Source: Malacoraja senta (lineage: Eukaryota). From it: a stretch of 64,000 bases of DNA. The stretch covers positions 1 through 64,000 of the forward strand of contig JAXLNO010000101.1 in assembly GCA_038087875.1 (NCBI GenBank), given 5' to 3'. The translations under genes and the position numbers were made by a program. Below are positions 25,099 to 38,175 of this stretch, one piece after another. Numbering within the stretch: position 1 is the first letter of the stretch; each line of letters starts with the position of its first letter. Below the pieces are notes generated by a model. That model was not told where the DNA came from. It did not search any database and saw only the letters and a list, made by a program, of their open reading frames with translations.

Positions 25099-28000
25099 TC
25101 CTTTTGCATTTTCAAAGCAACCCTTCTGCATTTTCAATGCAAACCTTTTGCATTTTCAAAGCAAACCTCCTTTTGCATTTTCAAACCAAACCACCATTTG
25201 CATTTTCAAACCAAACCACATATTGCATTTTCAAACCAAACCACCATTTGCATTTTCAAACCAAACCACCATTGGAATTTCCAAACCAAACCTTCATTTG
25301 CATTTTCAAAGCAAACCTTTTGCATTTTCAAAGCAAACCTTTGCATTTCCAAAGTAAACCTTTTGCATTTCCAAAGCCAACCTTTGGCATTTTCGAACCA
25401 AACCACCATTTGCATTTTCAAACTAAAACTGTTGCCTTTTGAAAACAAAGCTTTTGTATTTTCATACCAAACCTTTTCCATTTTCAAACCAAACAACCTT
25501 TTGCATTTTCAAACAAAACCACCATTTGTATTTTCAAACCACACCATCGTTTTGTATTTTCAAACCAAGCCACCTTTTGCATTTGCAAACCAAATCACAA
25601 TTTGCATTTTCAAACCTATCCACCTTTTGCATTTTCAAAGCAAACCACCTTTTGCATTTTCAAAGCAAAGCGTTTGCATTTTCACACCAAACCTCCTTTT
25701 GCATTTTTAAAGCAAACCACCTTTTCCATTATCAAAGCAAACCATCATTTACAGTTTCAAAGCAAACCTTTTGCATTTTCAAAGAAAATCTTTTGCATTT
25801 TCAAAACAAACCCTTTGCATTTTCAAAGCAAACCTTTTGCATTTTCAAAGCAAACCTTTTACATTTTCTCGGCGAACCTTTTGCATTTTCAAAGAAATCT
25901 TTTTGCATTTACAAAGCAAACCACTTTTTGCATTTTGAAACCAAACCTTTTGCATTTTCAAAGCAAACATGCTGTTGCATTTTCAAAGTCAACCTTATGT
26001 TTTTTCGAACCATACCACCTTTTGCATTTCCAAACCAAACCACCATTTGCATTTTCAAACCAAACCTTCATTTGCATTTTCAAAGTAAACCTTTTGCATT
26101 TTCAAAACAAACCTTTGCATTTCCAAAGCAAACCTTTTGCATTTCCAAAGCCAACCTTTGGCATTTTCGAGCCAAACCACCATTTGCATTTTCAAACTAA
26201 AACTTTTGCCTTTTGAAAACAAACCTTTTGTATTTTCAAACCAAACCTTTTGCATTTTCAAACCAAACAACCTTTTGCATTTTCAAACAAAACCACCATT
26301 TGTATTTTCAAACCACACCATCATTTTGTATTTTCAAACCATGCCACCTTTTGCATTTGCAAACCAAATCACAATTTGCAATTTCAAACCTATCCACCTT
26401 TTGCATTTCCAAAGCAAACCACCTTTTGCATTTTCAAAGCAAACCGTTTGCATTTTCAAACCAAACCTCCTTTTGCATTTTTAAAGCAAACCACCATTGG
26501 AATTTCCAAACCAAACCTTCATTTGCATTTTCAAAGCAAACCTTTTGCATTTTCAAAGCAAACCTTTGCATTTCCAAAGTAAACCTTTTGCATTTCCAAA
26601 GCCAACCTTTGGCGTTTTCGAACCAAACCACCATTTGCATTTTCAAACTCAAACTGTTGCCTTTTGAAAACAAAGCTTTTGTATTTTCAAACCAAACCTT
26701 TTGCATTTTCAAACCAAACAACCTTTTGCATTTTCAAACAAAACCACCATTTGTATTTTCAAACCACACCATCGTTTTGTATTTTCAAACCAAGCCACCT
26801 TTTGCATTTGCAAACCAAATCACAATTTGCATTTTCAAACCTATCCACCTTTTGCATTTCCAAAGCAAACCACCTTTTGCATTTTCAAAGCAAAGCGTTT
26901 GCATTTTCACACCAAACCTCCTTTTGCATTTTTAAAGCAAACCACCTTTTCCATTATCAATGCAAACCATCATTTACAGTTTCAACGCAAACCTTTTGCA
27001 TTTTCAAAGAAAATCTTTTGCATTTTCAAAACAAACCCTTTGCATTTTCAAAGCAAACCTTTTGCATTTTCAAAGCAAACCTTTTACATTTTCTCGGCGA
27101 ACCTTTTGCATTTTCAAAGAAATCTTTTTGCATTTTCAAAGCAAACTTCTTTTTGCATTTTGAAACCAAACCTTTGGCATTTTCAAAGCAAACATGCTGT
27201 TGCATTTTCAAAGTCAACCTTATGTTTTTTCAAACCATACCACCTTTTGCATTTCCAAACCAAACCACCATTTGCATTTTCAAACCAAACCTTCATTTGC
27301 ATTTTCAAAGTAAACCTTTTGCATTTTCAAAACAAACCTTTGCATTTCCAAAGCAAACCCTTTGCATTTCCAAAGCCAACCTTTGGCATTTTCGAGCCAA
27401 ACCACCATTTGCATTTTCAAACTAAAACTTTTGCCTTTTGAAAACAAACCATTTGTATTTTCAAACCAAACCTTTTGCATTTTCAAACCAAACAACCTTT
27501 TGCATTTTCAAACAAAACCACCATTTGTATTTTCAAACCACACCATCATTTTGTATTTTCAAACCATGCCACCTTTTGCATTTGCAAACCAAATCACAAT
27601 TTGCAATTTCAAACCTATCCACCTTTTGCATTTCCAAAGCAAACCACCTTTTGCATTTTCAAAGCAAACCGTTTGCATTTTCAAACCAAACCTCCTTTTG
27701 CATTTTTAAAGCAAACCACCTTTTCCATTATCAAAGCAAACCATCATTTACAGTTTCAACGCAAACCTTTTGCATTTTCAAAGAAAATCTTTTGCATTTT
27801 CAAAACAAACCCTTTGCATTTTCAAAGCAAACCTTTTGCATTTTCAAAGCAAACCTTTTGCATTTTCAAAGCAAACCTTTTACATTTTCTAGGCGAACCT
27901 TTTGCATTTTCAAAGCAATCTTTTTGCGTTTTCAAAGTAAACCATTTTTGCATTTTCAAACCAAACCTTTTGCATTTTCAAAGCAAACATGCTGTTGCAT

Positions 28001-31000
28001 TTTCAGTCAACCTTATGTTTTTTCAAACCATACCACCTTTTGCATTTCCAAACCAAACCACCATTTGCATTTTCAAACCAAACCTTCATTTGCATTTTCA
28101 AAGCAAACCTTTTGCATTTTCAAAGCAAACCTTTGCATTTCCAAAGCAAACCTATTGCATTTCCAAAGCAAACGTTTGGCACATTCAAACCAAACCTTTT
28201 GTATTTTCAGACCAAACCTTTTGCATTTTCAAACCGAACCAGCTTTTGCATTTTGAAACAAAACCACCATTTGCATTTTCAAACCAAACCATCATATTGT
28301 ATTTTCAAACCAAACCACCTTTTGCATTTTCAAATCAAACCACATTTTGCATTTCCAAAGCAAACTACCTTTTTGCATTTTCAAAGCAAACCTCCTTTTG
28401 CATTTTCAAACCAAACCACCATTTGCATTTTTAAACCAAACCACCATTTGCATTTTCAAACCAAACCACCATTTGCATTTTCAAACTAAAACTTTTACAT
28501 TTTCTAACCAAACCTTTGTAATTTCACACCAAACCTCTTGCATTTTCAAACCAAACCTTTTACATTTTCTAGGCGAACATTTTGCATTTTCAAAGCAATC
28601 GTTTTGCATTTTCAAAGCAAACCACTTTTTGCATTTTCAAACCAAACCTTTGGCATTTTCAAAGCAAACATGCTGTTGCATTTTCAAAGTCAACCTTATG
28701 TTTTTTCAAACCATACCACCTTTTGCATTTCCAAACCAAACCACCATTTGCATTTTCAAACCAAACCTTCATTTGCATTTTCAAAGTAAACCTTTTGCAT
28801 TTTCAAAACAAACCTTTGCATTTCCAAAGCAAACCCTTTGCATTTCCAAAGCCAACCTTTGGCATTTTCGAGCCAAACCACCATTTGCATTTTCAAACTA
28901 AAACTTTTGCCTTTTGAAAACAAACCATTTGTATTTTCAAACCAAACCTTTTGCATTTTCAAACCAAACAACCTTTTGCATTTTCAAACAAAACCGCCAT
29001 TTGTATTTTCAAACCACACCATCATTTTGTATTTTCAAACCATGCCACCTTTTGCATTTGCAAACCAAATCACAATTTGCAATTTCAAACCTATCCACCT
29101 TTTGCATTTCCAAAGCAAACCACCTTTTGCATTTTCAAAGCAAACCGTTTGCATTTTCAAACCAAACCTCCTTTTGCATTTTTAAAGCAAACCACCTTTT
29201 CCATTATCAAAGCAAACCATCATTTACAGTTTCAACGCAAACCTTTTGCATTTTCAAAGAAAATCTTTTGCATTTTCAAAACAAACCCTTTGCATTTTCA
29301 AAGCAAACCTTTTGCATTTTCAAAGCAAACCTTTTGCATTTTCAAAGCAAACCTTTTACATTTTCTAGGCGAACCTTTTGCATTTTCAAAGCAATCTTTT
29401 TGCGTTTTCAAAGTAAACCATTTTTGCATTTTCAAACCAAACCTTTTGCATTTTCAAAGCAAACATGCTGTTGCATTTTCAGTCAACCTTATGTTTTTTC
29501 AAACCATACCACCTTTTGCATTTCCAAACCAAACCACCATTTGCATTTTCAAACCAAACCTTCATTTGCATTTTCAAAGCAAACCTTTTGCATTTTCAAA
29601 GCAAACCTTTGCATTTCCAAAGCAAACCTATTGCATTTCCAAAGCAAACGTTTGGCACATTCAAACCAAACCTTTTGTATTTTCAGACCAAACCTTTTGC
29701 ATTTTCAAACCGAACCAGCTTTTGCATTTTGAAACAAAACCACCATTTGCATTTTCAAACCAAACCATCATATTGTATTTTCAAACCAAACCACCTTTTG
29801 CATTTTCAAATCAAACCACATTTTGCATTTCCAAAGCAAACTACCTTTTTGCATTTTCAAAGCAAACCTCCTTTTGCATTTTCAAACCAAACCACCATTT
29901 GCATTTTTAAACCAAACCACCATTTGCATTTTCAAACCAAACCACCATTTGCATTTTCAAACTAAAACTTTTACATTTTCTAACCAAACCTTTGTAATTT
30001 CACACCAAACCTCTTGCATTTTCAAACCAAACCTTTTACATTTTCTAGGCGAACATTTTGCATTTTCAAAGCAATCGTTTTGCATTTTCAAAGCAAACCA
30101 CTTTTTGCATTTTCAAACCAAACCTTTTGCATTTTCAAAGCAAACATCCTGTTGCATTTTCAAAGTCAACCTTATGTTTTTTCAAACCAAACCACCTTTT
30201 GCATTTCCAAACCAAACCACCATTTGCATTTTCAAACTAAAACGTTTGCCTTTTGAAAACAAACCTTTTGTAATTTCAAACCAAACCTTTTGCATTTTCA
30301 AACCAAACAACCTTTTGCATTTTCAAACAAAACCACCATTTGTATTTTCAAACCACACCATCATTTTGTATTTTCAAACCAAGCCACCTTTTGCATTTGC
30401 ATACCAAATCACAATTTGCATTTTCAAACCTATCCACCTTTTGCATTTCCAAAGCAAACCACCTTTTGCATTTTCAAAGCAAACCACCTTTTCCATTATC
30501 AAAGCAAACCATCATTTACAGTTTCAACGCAAACCTTTTGCATTTTCAAAGAAAATCTTTTGCATTTTCAAAACAAACCCTTTGCATTTTCAAAGCAAAC
30601 CTTTTGCATTTTCAAAGCAAACCTTTTACATTTTCAAAACAAACCACTTTTTGCATTTTCAAACCAAACCTTTTGCAATTTCAAAGCAAACATGCTGTTG
30701 CATTTTCAAAGTCAACCTTATGTTTTTTCAAACCAAACCACCTTTTGCATTACCAAACCAAACCACCATTTGCATGTTCAACCCAAACCTTCATTTGCAT
30801 TTTCAAAGCAAACGATTGGCATATTCAAACCAAACCTTTTGTATTTTCAAACCAAACCTTTTGCATTTTCAAACCGAACCACCTTTTGCATTTTGAAACA
30901 AAACCACCATTTGCATTTTCAAACCAAACCATCATATTGTATTTTCAAATCAAACCACATTTTGCATCTTCAAAGCAAACTAACTTTTGCATTTTTAAAG

Positions 31001-33739
31001 CCATCCTTTTGCATTTCCAAACCAAATCACAATTTGCATTTTCAACCCAAACCACCTTTTGCATTTCCAAAGCAAACCACCTTTTTGCATTTTCAAAGCA
31101 AACCTTCTTTTGCATTTTCAAACCAAACCACCATTTGCATTTTTAAACCAAACCATCTTTTGCATTTCCAAACCAAACCACCATTTGCATTTTCAAACCA
31201 AACCACCTTTTGCATTTTCAAAGTAACCTACGTTTGCATTTTGGAAGAAAACTTTTGCATTTTCGAACCAAATCACCATTTGCATTTCCAATCCAAACCA
31301 CCATTTGTATTTTCAACACGAACCACCTTTTGCATTTTCAAAGCAAACCACTTTTTGCATTTTCAAAGCAAACCTCTTTTTGCATTTTAAAGGCAATCCT
31401 TTGCATTTCCAAAGCTACCCTTTTGCATTTCCAAAGGAAACCTTTGGCATTCTCAAAGCAAACCTGTTGCATTTTCAAACCAAACCACCATTTGCGTTAT
31501 CAAACTAAACCACCATTTGCGGTTTCAAACCACCATTTGCCTTTTCAAATCAACCACCATTTGCATTTTAATTCCAATCATTTTGCATTTTCAAACCAAA
31601 CCTTTTGCATATTCAAACCAAACCACCATTTGATTTTTCAAACCAAACCACCTTTTGCATTTTCAAACCAATCCTTTCGCATTTCCAAACCAAATCCTTT
31701 GCATTTTCAAACCAAACCACCTTTTGCATTTTCAAATAAAACCACCATTTGCATTTTCAAACCAAACCACCATTTTGCATTTTCAAACCCAACCACCTTT
31801 TGCATTTTCAAACCAAACCGCCGTTTCCATTTTCAAAGCAAACCTTTTGCAATTTGAAACCAAACCTCCATTTGCGTTATCAAACTAAACCACCATTTGC
31901 GTTTTGAAAAAGGTTTGCATTTCCAATCCTTTCGCATTTCCAAACCAAATCCTTTGCACTTTCAAACCAAACCACCTTTTGCATTTTCAAATAAAACCAC
32001 CATTTGCATTTTCAAACCAAACCACCTTTTGCATTTTCAAAGCAAACCACTTTTTGCATTTTCAAAGCACACCACTTTTTGCATTTTAAAGGCAATCCTT
32101 TGCATTTCCAAAGCTAACCTTTTGCATTTCCAAAGCTAACCTTTTGCATTTCCAAAGGAAACCTTTGGCATTTTCAAAGTAAACCTTTCGCATTTTCAAA
32201 GAGAACCACCTTTTGCATTTTCAAAGCAAACCTTTGGCATTTTCAATCAAACAACCATTTGCATTTTCAAACCAAACCACCATTTGCAGTTTCAAACTAA
32301 ATCTTTAACATTTTCTAACCAAACCTTTTGTATTTCCAAACCAAACCTTTTGCATTTTCAAACCAAACCAGCTTTTGCATTTTCAAACCAAACCACCTTT
32401 TGCATCTTCAAAGCAAACTAACTTTTGCATTTTCAAAGCCAACCTTTTGCATTTTCAAAGCAAACCTTTCCCATTTTCAAACCAAACCACCTTTAGAATT
32501 TCCAAAGCAAATCACAATTTGCATTTTCAAAGCAAACCTTTTGCATTTTCAAACCAAACCTCCTATTGCATTTTCAAACCAAACCACCTTTTCCATTATC
32601 AAAGCAAACCATCATTTTCAGTTTCAACGCAAACCTTTTGCATTTTCAAAGAAAACCGTTTGCATTTTCAAAGCAAAACATTTGCATTTTCAAAGAAAAC
32701 CCTTTGCATTTTCAAAGCAAATCTTTTGCATTTTCTAGGCGAAACTTTGGAATTCTCAAAGTAACCCTTTTGCATTTTCGAATCAAATCACTTTTTGCAT
32801 TTTCAAAGCATTCCTTTTGCATTTTCAAAGCAAACCTCCTGTTACATTTTCAAAGTAAACCTTTTGCATTTTCAAACCAAACCACCTTTTGCCTTTCCAA
32901 ACCAATCCACCATTTGCGTTTTCAAACCAAACCACTTTTTGCATTTTCAAAGCAAACCTTTTACATTTTCAAACCAAACCACCATTTGCGTTCTCAAACC
33001 AAACCACCATTTGCGTTTTCAAATTAAACCACCATTTGCATTTTCAATCCAATCATTTTGCATTTTCAAACCAAACCTTTTGCATATTCAAACCAAACCA
33101 CCATTTGATTTTTCAAACCAAACCACCATTTGCATTTTCAAACTAAACCTTATCATTTTCAAACCAAACCTTTCGCATTTCCAAACCAAATCCTTTGCAT
33201 TTTCAAACCAAACCACCATTTGCATTTTCAAACAAAACCACCATTTGCATTTTCAAACCATACCACCATTTTGCATTTTCAAACCAAACCACCTTTTGCA
33301 TTTTCAAACCAAACCACCTTTTGCATTTTCAAAGCAAACCTTTTGGATTTTCAAACCAAACCTCCTTTTGCATTTTCAAAGCAAACCTTTTGCATTTTCA
33401 AAGAAAGTCACCTTTTGCATTTTCAAAGTAAACATTTTGCATTTTCAAAGCAAACCTTTTGCATTTCCATACCAAAACACCTTTTGCATTTCCATACCAA
33501 ACCACCATTTGCATTTTCAAACCAAACCACCTTTTGCATTTTCAAAGCACTCTACCTTTTGCATTTTGAAAGCAAACATTTTGCATTTTCAAAGCAAACC
33601 ACCTTTTGCATTTCCAAACCAAACCACCATCTGTATTTTTCAACCCAAACCACCTTTTGCATTTTCAAAGCAAACCACGTTTTGCATTTTCAAAGCAAAT
33701 CTTTTGCTTTTTCAAAGCAAACCTTTTGCATTTTCAAAC
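25099..33739 (+). repeat. 22/25-bp satellite with 1225-bp (~25265-27715) and 1476-bp (~27160-30200) duplications
   Basis: The variant ATTGGAATTT occurs at 25271/26496 (offset 1225). The ORF pairs 27438/28914, 27989/29465 and 28538/30014 are offset by 1476. Confidence 0.95.
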
Positions 33740-33948
33740 TGTGGATTTATGATGCATGTGTACCAATCACACATAGCCAGCATCGCTAACTCCACCCCAC
33801 TATAACATTTATATTAACGTTTATTCCCATCACCGTCAGTCTGAGCAGCTAGGATGTACTGACAACATAATGTCTTGAATAGCTGCCAAGTTACAGTGCT
33901 GATTAAAGATGCGTTTAAATCATACACTGTCTCAGATGCCTGTTTACA
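33740..33948 (+). repeat. Gypsy 5' LTR (209 bp, TG...CA)
   Basis: Aligns with 49553-49743. It contains ATTAAA near the 3' end and is followed directly by a TGG-starting PBS. Confidence 0.95.
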
Positions 33949-33963
33949 TGGCGTCAGAATTGG
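33949..33963 (+). promoter_or_regulatory. Primer-binding site, probably tRNA-Leu(CAA)
   Basis: TGGCGTCAGAATTGG abuts the LTR and resembles the complement of a tRNA-Leu 3' end (TGGTGTCAGAAGTGG), 13/15 by eye. Confidence 0.65.
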
Positions 33964-34028
33964 TCTTATCCACTCCTCTTCTATAACGGTTTTTATTTTA
34001 TCTTTTGTGAGTTTTGCTTCACTTTACG

Positions 34029-35340
34029 ATGGCTTCTTCTTGTCGAAAGCCTGCCCGTCTTGTCTTTGATGCGGATATCAGCGAGCGCTGGGCCACGTTT
34101 GAAATTGATTACCAGCACTACATGAACATTGCACACCGAAATGAACCATATGCTGTCAAGGCCTCTCTCCTGCTCAACCTTGCGGGCCCAGATGCCCTTC
34201 GTCGATCCAGAACATTCCGTTATGCTCCGGCTATCCGTGATGACAACGACCAGGTAATTACCCCAGCGGAATCGCCTACTGACCCTAATGTCCTGCTGTG
34301 TGAACTAAGCCAGATCTGTGACCTGCCCTCAAATCATATTTTGGACAGGGCAAGGTTTTTCTCTCGTCGTCAGCTCCCCCGGGATCGAGTTGACTCATTT
34401 ATTTCAGACTTTATGTATTTAGCCCAGCGTTGCCGATGCCAGGATATGCCGGTTGATCAGTTGACTGATCAGTTAACGAGGGACATTTTAGTGAATGTCA
34501 TTAGCGATCAAAATCTCAGGTCAGAGCTCCTGAGACGGCCAAATTTAACGCTCGATGAAGCTGTGCATGCATGTAGAACCGCCGAACTTGTCGATCCCAT
34601 AGACAGTTCGCATGAAACCAAAACCAGCAAACTGACGGGCCTCACTAGGCAGCGAACAGACACAGATAACAGCCGATTTATGACCCAAGCTAGTTAGGCA
34701 GTTCACAGCGGTCCTACGGAGAGATGTCCTAACTGCAGTTATCTGCACAACAGACAATCAGCCTGCCCCGCCCTCGGGAAGGCATGCAATTACTGCAAAA
34801 AGCTAAATCACTTTGCGTCTGTCTGTCGGGCTGCAATTCGGGCCAAAGGAAAGAATGCGCCCAGCCGCAAGTCTAACTCAATGTTTTGCAACGAGACAGC
34901 AACACACTGCCTCCCCAATTCCAGCTCGAAACCGCCCCCGAATACAGCCCAATTAACTCGCAAGACGACCCGACTGTTTACACGTTGCAGCATGCTGCTG
35001 CCAAGAATTCTGATCCAACAGTGACGATATCTGTAAACAATTTTGATTTTGGTGCGAAATTAGACACGGGCGCGAAGGTCAATCAACCTCTTTAACAAGA
35101 TTAGAGCAAGGACAAAATCCACTTTACATGCTTTTGGACGCAACGTGCTGGTTCCCTTGGGCAAAACCAAATTGAAATGTGTAGTAAAGAAAACAACGAA
35201 GGAATTGACTTTCTATGTGTTGAACTTTAATTCAGTTACTCTGCTTGGCAATCGTGCCTGTCAGGAACTGGGGCAAATTTCCTTTTGAAAAAACGTACAC
35301 AAACTGCAAATGTCTTTGGACCCTCTGAGTGAATTCCCTG
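34029..35340 (+). pseudogene. Gypsy gag (two CCHC knuckles) and aspartic protease, disrupted
   Basis: ARFFSRRQ and LRSELLRRPNLTL are present, with an in-frame stop at 34695-34697. CPNC..H..C and CNYCKKLNHFASVC lie at ~34725-34826. The protease LDTGA is at ~35060-35074 in a shifted frame. Confidence 0.9.
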
Positions 35341-35563
35341 TTTTACTTCGGAGTCACGTGAGTGACTACGTGAAGAAGACCCGTCAGGGCGCCTGCGCGT
35401 CATTACGTCAGACGCATTGGCGCGAACGTACGTGAGGAGCGCTACGTAACTGTAGTGGAAATGTAGTGGAAATGTAGTTTTGAACTACAAGGTAAGAAAA
35501 AAAAATTCAGAAGTTTCCGGATCCGTTCGCTGTGGGTCTGTGGGGATTTTTTCCACAGGCGCC

Positions 35564-37663
35564 ATGGAAAAAACGGGCAAGGGGAAGAGGCGAGCGGCAA
35601 AGCCGGTGGAAAGTCGCAAGATTGCGGTCGGCGAACAGCTGCCTCAGGCCTCTGTACAGTCGCCGGCTGGGAGCGTACCGACTGTGGACTTGGATCTCAG
35701 AAGAATACAGTCAGCGCCAGTGGGGCGCAAGGCTAAGTTGAAGTCCGTCAGGCCCACGGAGGAATAGTTCGATCAGGAGGATTCGACTCCAGGGCTAGAT
35801 ACCGCTTTTGAGCTTATTTCTCAAATGGAGAGCCTGTTACACAGGTTACTCAAGCAAAGCACACTCAGGAAAGAGTGTAGCTAAAGGCAGGCTCCAGAAG
35901 CCAGGTCAGCAGCACCTAGGAAAGGGCTGTTTGAGAGCACCCTCATTCATGAGGCGCGTGCACAGGGTCAGCAGAGTTTTCCGATACAAGCGAAGACGGC
36001 AGCTGCCAGATGTTCTACTCCTGGCTGTACGATCTGCTGCCCCTTCAGAGTCAGGAGAGCCACTGGGAGAAGAAGTGGCCTCTAGGATCACCTATTGTGT
36101 CTTCCATCAGCTCCAGTAGCTTACGATGGATAAAAATGCCAAAAAAGCACGAGACCCCCAGGAACTGCGTATTGCTGAAAGTACTAGCAGTGAACCAAGA
36201 TAAGGGGTCAGGTGGGCGAGTGCGTGTAAGCCTATGAAAAGTAAACTGCAGAGAATATTGAGGCTGCTGGGTTGAGGAACAACTGCATTTTTGCAAGAAC
36301 AATGGATGGAGGCCAGGTATGGAGATGCATCAAGTGGCGCTAGGGTTGCTATGTAGCGCACACTTCAAGATGAATTGTTTCAGGAAGTATGCCATTCGGT
36401 CCACCATCAACCCCAAGTTGCAGCAACTCTGTAAAGCCCAGCAATGTGCAGTCATTCAACTTACTCTTCAGAGAAAAAAATCACGAAACGTGGGAAATAG
36501 TTGGATGATTAGGCAAAAACAGCAAGGTTGATCAAAACATCAATGATCGGCAAGTCTGTGAAGAGGAGGTATCCTTTCAGACATCATACAAATCCTGGGC
36601 CTACACCACGAACAAGTCGACCATTGAAGCAGGGGCGCAGTTGGTGTCCTGCAGCGGGAACACGAAAAAGCGTGGGTTTTCCTGCCAGGAGCCAGGGACC
36701 ACAGGTAACTCAGGTGGCAAAGGAGGTAGGTGGACCTGGTTCTCATGGGAACATATTGAAGCAAAAACAGCCAAATATTGGAAGCAAATTACTTCATATA
36801 TATTATTCTGAGTATTACTCAAAGGTTTCGAATTGATTCGATCCAAATACTGATTTGCCATCCAGCACGTTCCTAACAGAACACTCCAATGTCACAAAAA
36901 GAAGTGACGGAGGTTCAAGCTGAATTTGAAAACTTGTCTATAAACAAGTAATTGAAAGGTTGGTTTATCAAAACCACCAAATTGTGTTTACATTTTCTCG
37001 ACCTAAAAAGGTGAGGAGTATTTTAGATCTGACAAGTCTTTAAAATGGTATGAAGTATAGACACTTCAAAATGGAGACTTTGAGACTGCCAAACAACTTA
37101 TTTCAAAATATGTTATATGGCACCTATAGATCTGAAAGATGTATATTACTCAATGAAACAATTATGGCAATTCAAAGTTCTGTCTAATGGGTTAACTTCA
37201 GTTCCTAGAATTTCACTAAATTGGTAAAAACAATTTTTGGAGCTAATTATAGTCCTAGGACAGATGTTGATGGCGTAACTGGATGATGTCCTAATTAGGA
37301 TGAACAATAGAATTAGTGAGTTATCTCTCTCAATTGTTCAATCCACTTTTGAAAGTTTTGGGTTTCATCCAGCGAAATCAAGGTTAACGCCACTTACAAC
37401 AATTGATTATTTTAATTTCACTATTGATTCAATTGACATGGTAGTAATTTTACCCAGGGTAAAGTGTAGAGCTGATTAATGGTTGCATTAAGATGTTGAA
37501 AAAGCAACAATCTTCAATTAACACAGGTGGCCAACTTGCTAGGAAAATTAGTGTTATTTCCAGCAATACAATATGGGCCATTGTACTACCAGCAGCTACA
37601 GACGGCAAAAAGAAAAGGGACTAAGATGCATGCCGGCCATTTTTGAAAGGCCATGCAGTTAAA
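35564..37663 (+). pseudogene. DIRS A gag-like ORF and N-terminal RT, heavily disrupted
   Basis: GCCATGG start with ATG at 35564. It is homologous to B gag (SVKRRYPFRHHT). RT motifs HFKMETF, IDLKDVYYS and A*LDD (Y changed to stop, ~37276) are present. Confidence 0.85.
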
Positions 37664-37893
37664 TAGTAAGATTTAACGAGAACTTACCTAAGTTTGAAGT
37701 TTGATCTTTATTTTATGAGGAGTTACGTAGGTGATTACGTGAAGAACCCCGCCAGTGCGCCTGCGCGTCAATCTTCAAAGCAGCGGTGTGAAATCACAAA
37801 AAACAACAACCGAAGTAATATAGTCTCATAATAAAACGAGTAATACAAGAACTTCCATCTGACCTTTATGATAGAGGGTAGGGTCGTGGTGGG

Positions 37894-38006
37894 CACGTAA
37901 TCACCTACGTAACTCCTCATAAAATAAAGCTCAAACTTCAAACTTAGGTAAGTTCTCGTTTAATCTTACTATTTTACTTCGGAGTCACGTGAGTGACTAC
38001 GTGAAG
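37894..38006 (-). other. DIRS B internal complementary region (ICR)
   Basis: It reproduces the joined termini ...AATCTTACTA|TTTTACTTCGGAGTCACGTG..., with the junction at 37971/37972. It is inverted relative to 37664-37741 and 44231-44265. Confidence 0.92.
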
Positions 38007-38175
38007 ATTTTAAAGCTTTGTGATTTCATGCCGTGGATCAATCCCGGCTTCTCACTGCATAGATTGACTCGGAACGAGAATAATCAATAATGCATTCATA
38101 ATAACATTTGTACCACAAATGCAGTAATTCATTTCAATAATGAAATGAATCAGATCCCCTTTAAACCAGAGGACT

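Noticed and set aside
25099..25137. N-terminus of the 265-aa endonuclease ORF (MKMQKGCFENAK)
   Set aside because: It derives from flanking satellite read on the minus strand, not from the L1.
2661..33739. CRISPR-like array of short semi-palindromic repeats
   Set aside because: Monomers are contiguous with no unique spacers, there are no cas genes, and the context is eukaryotic TEs.
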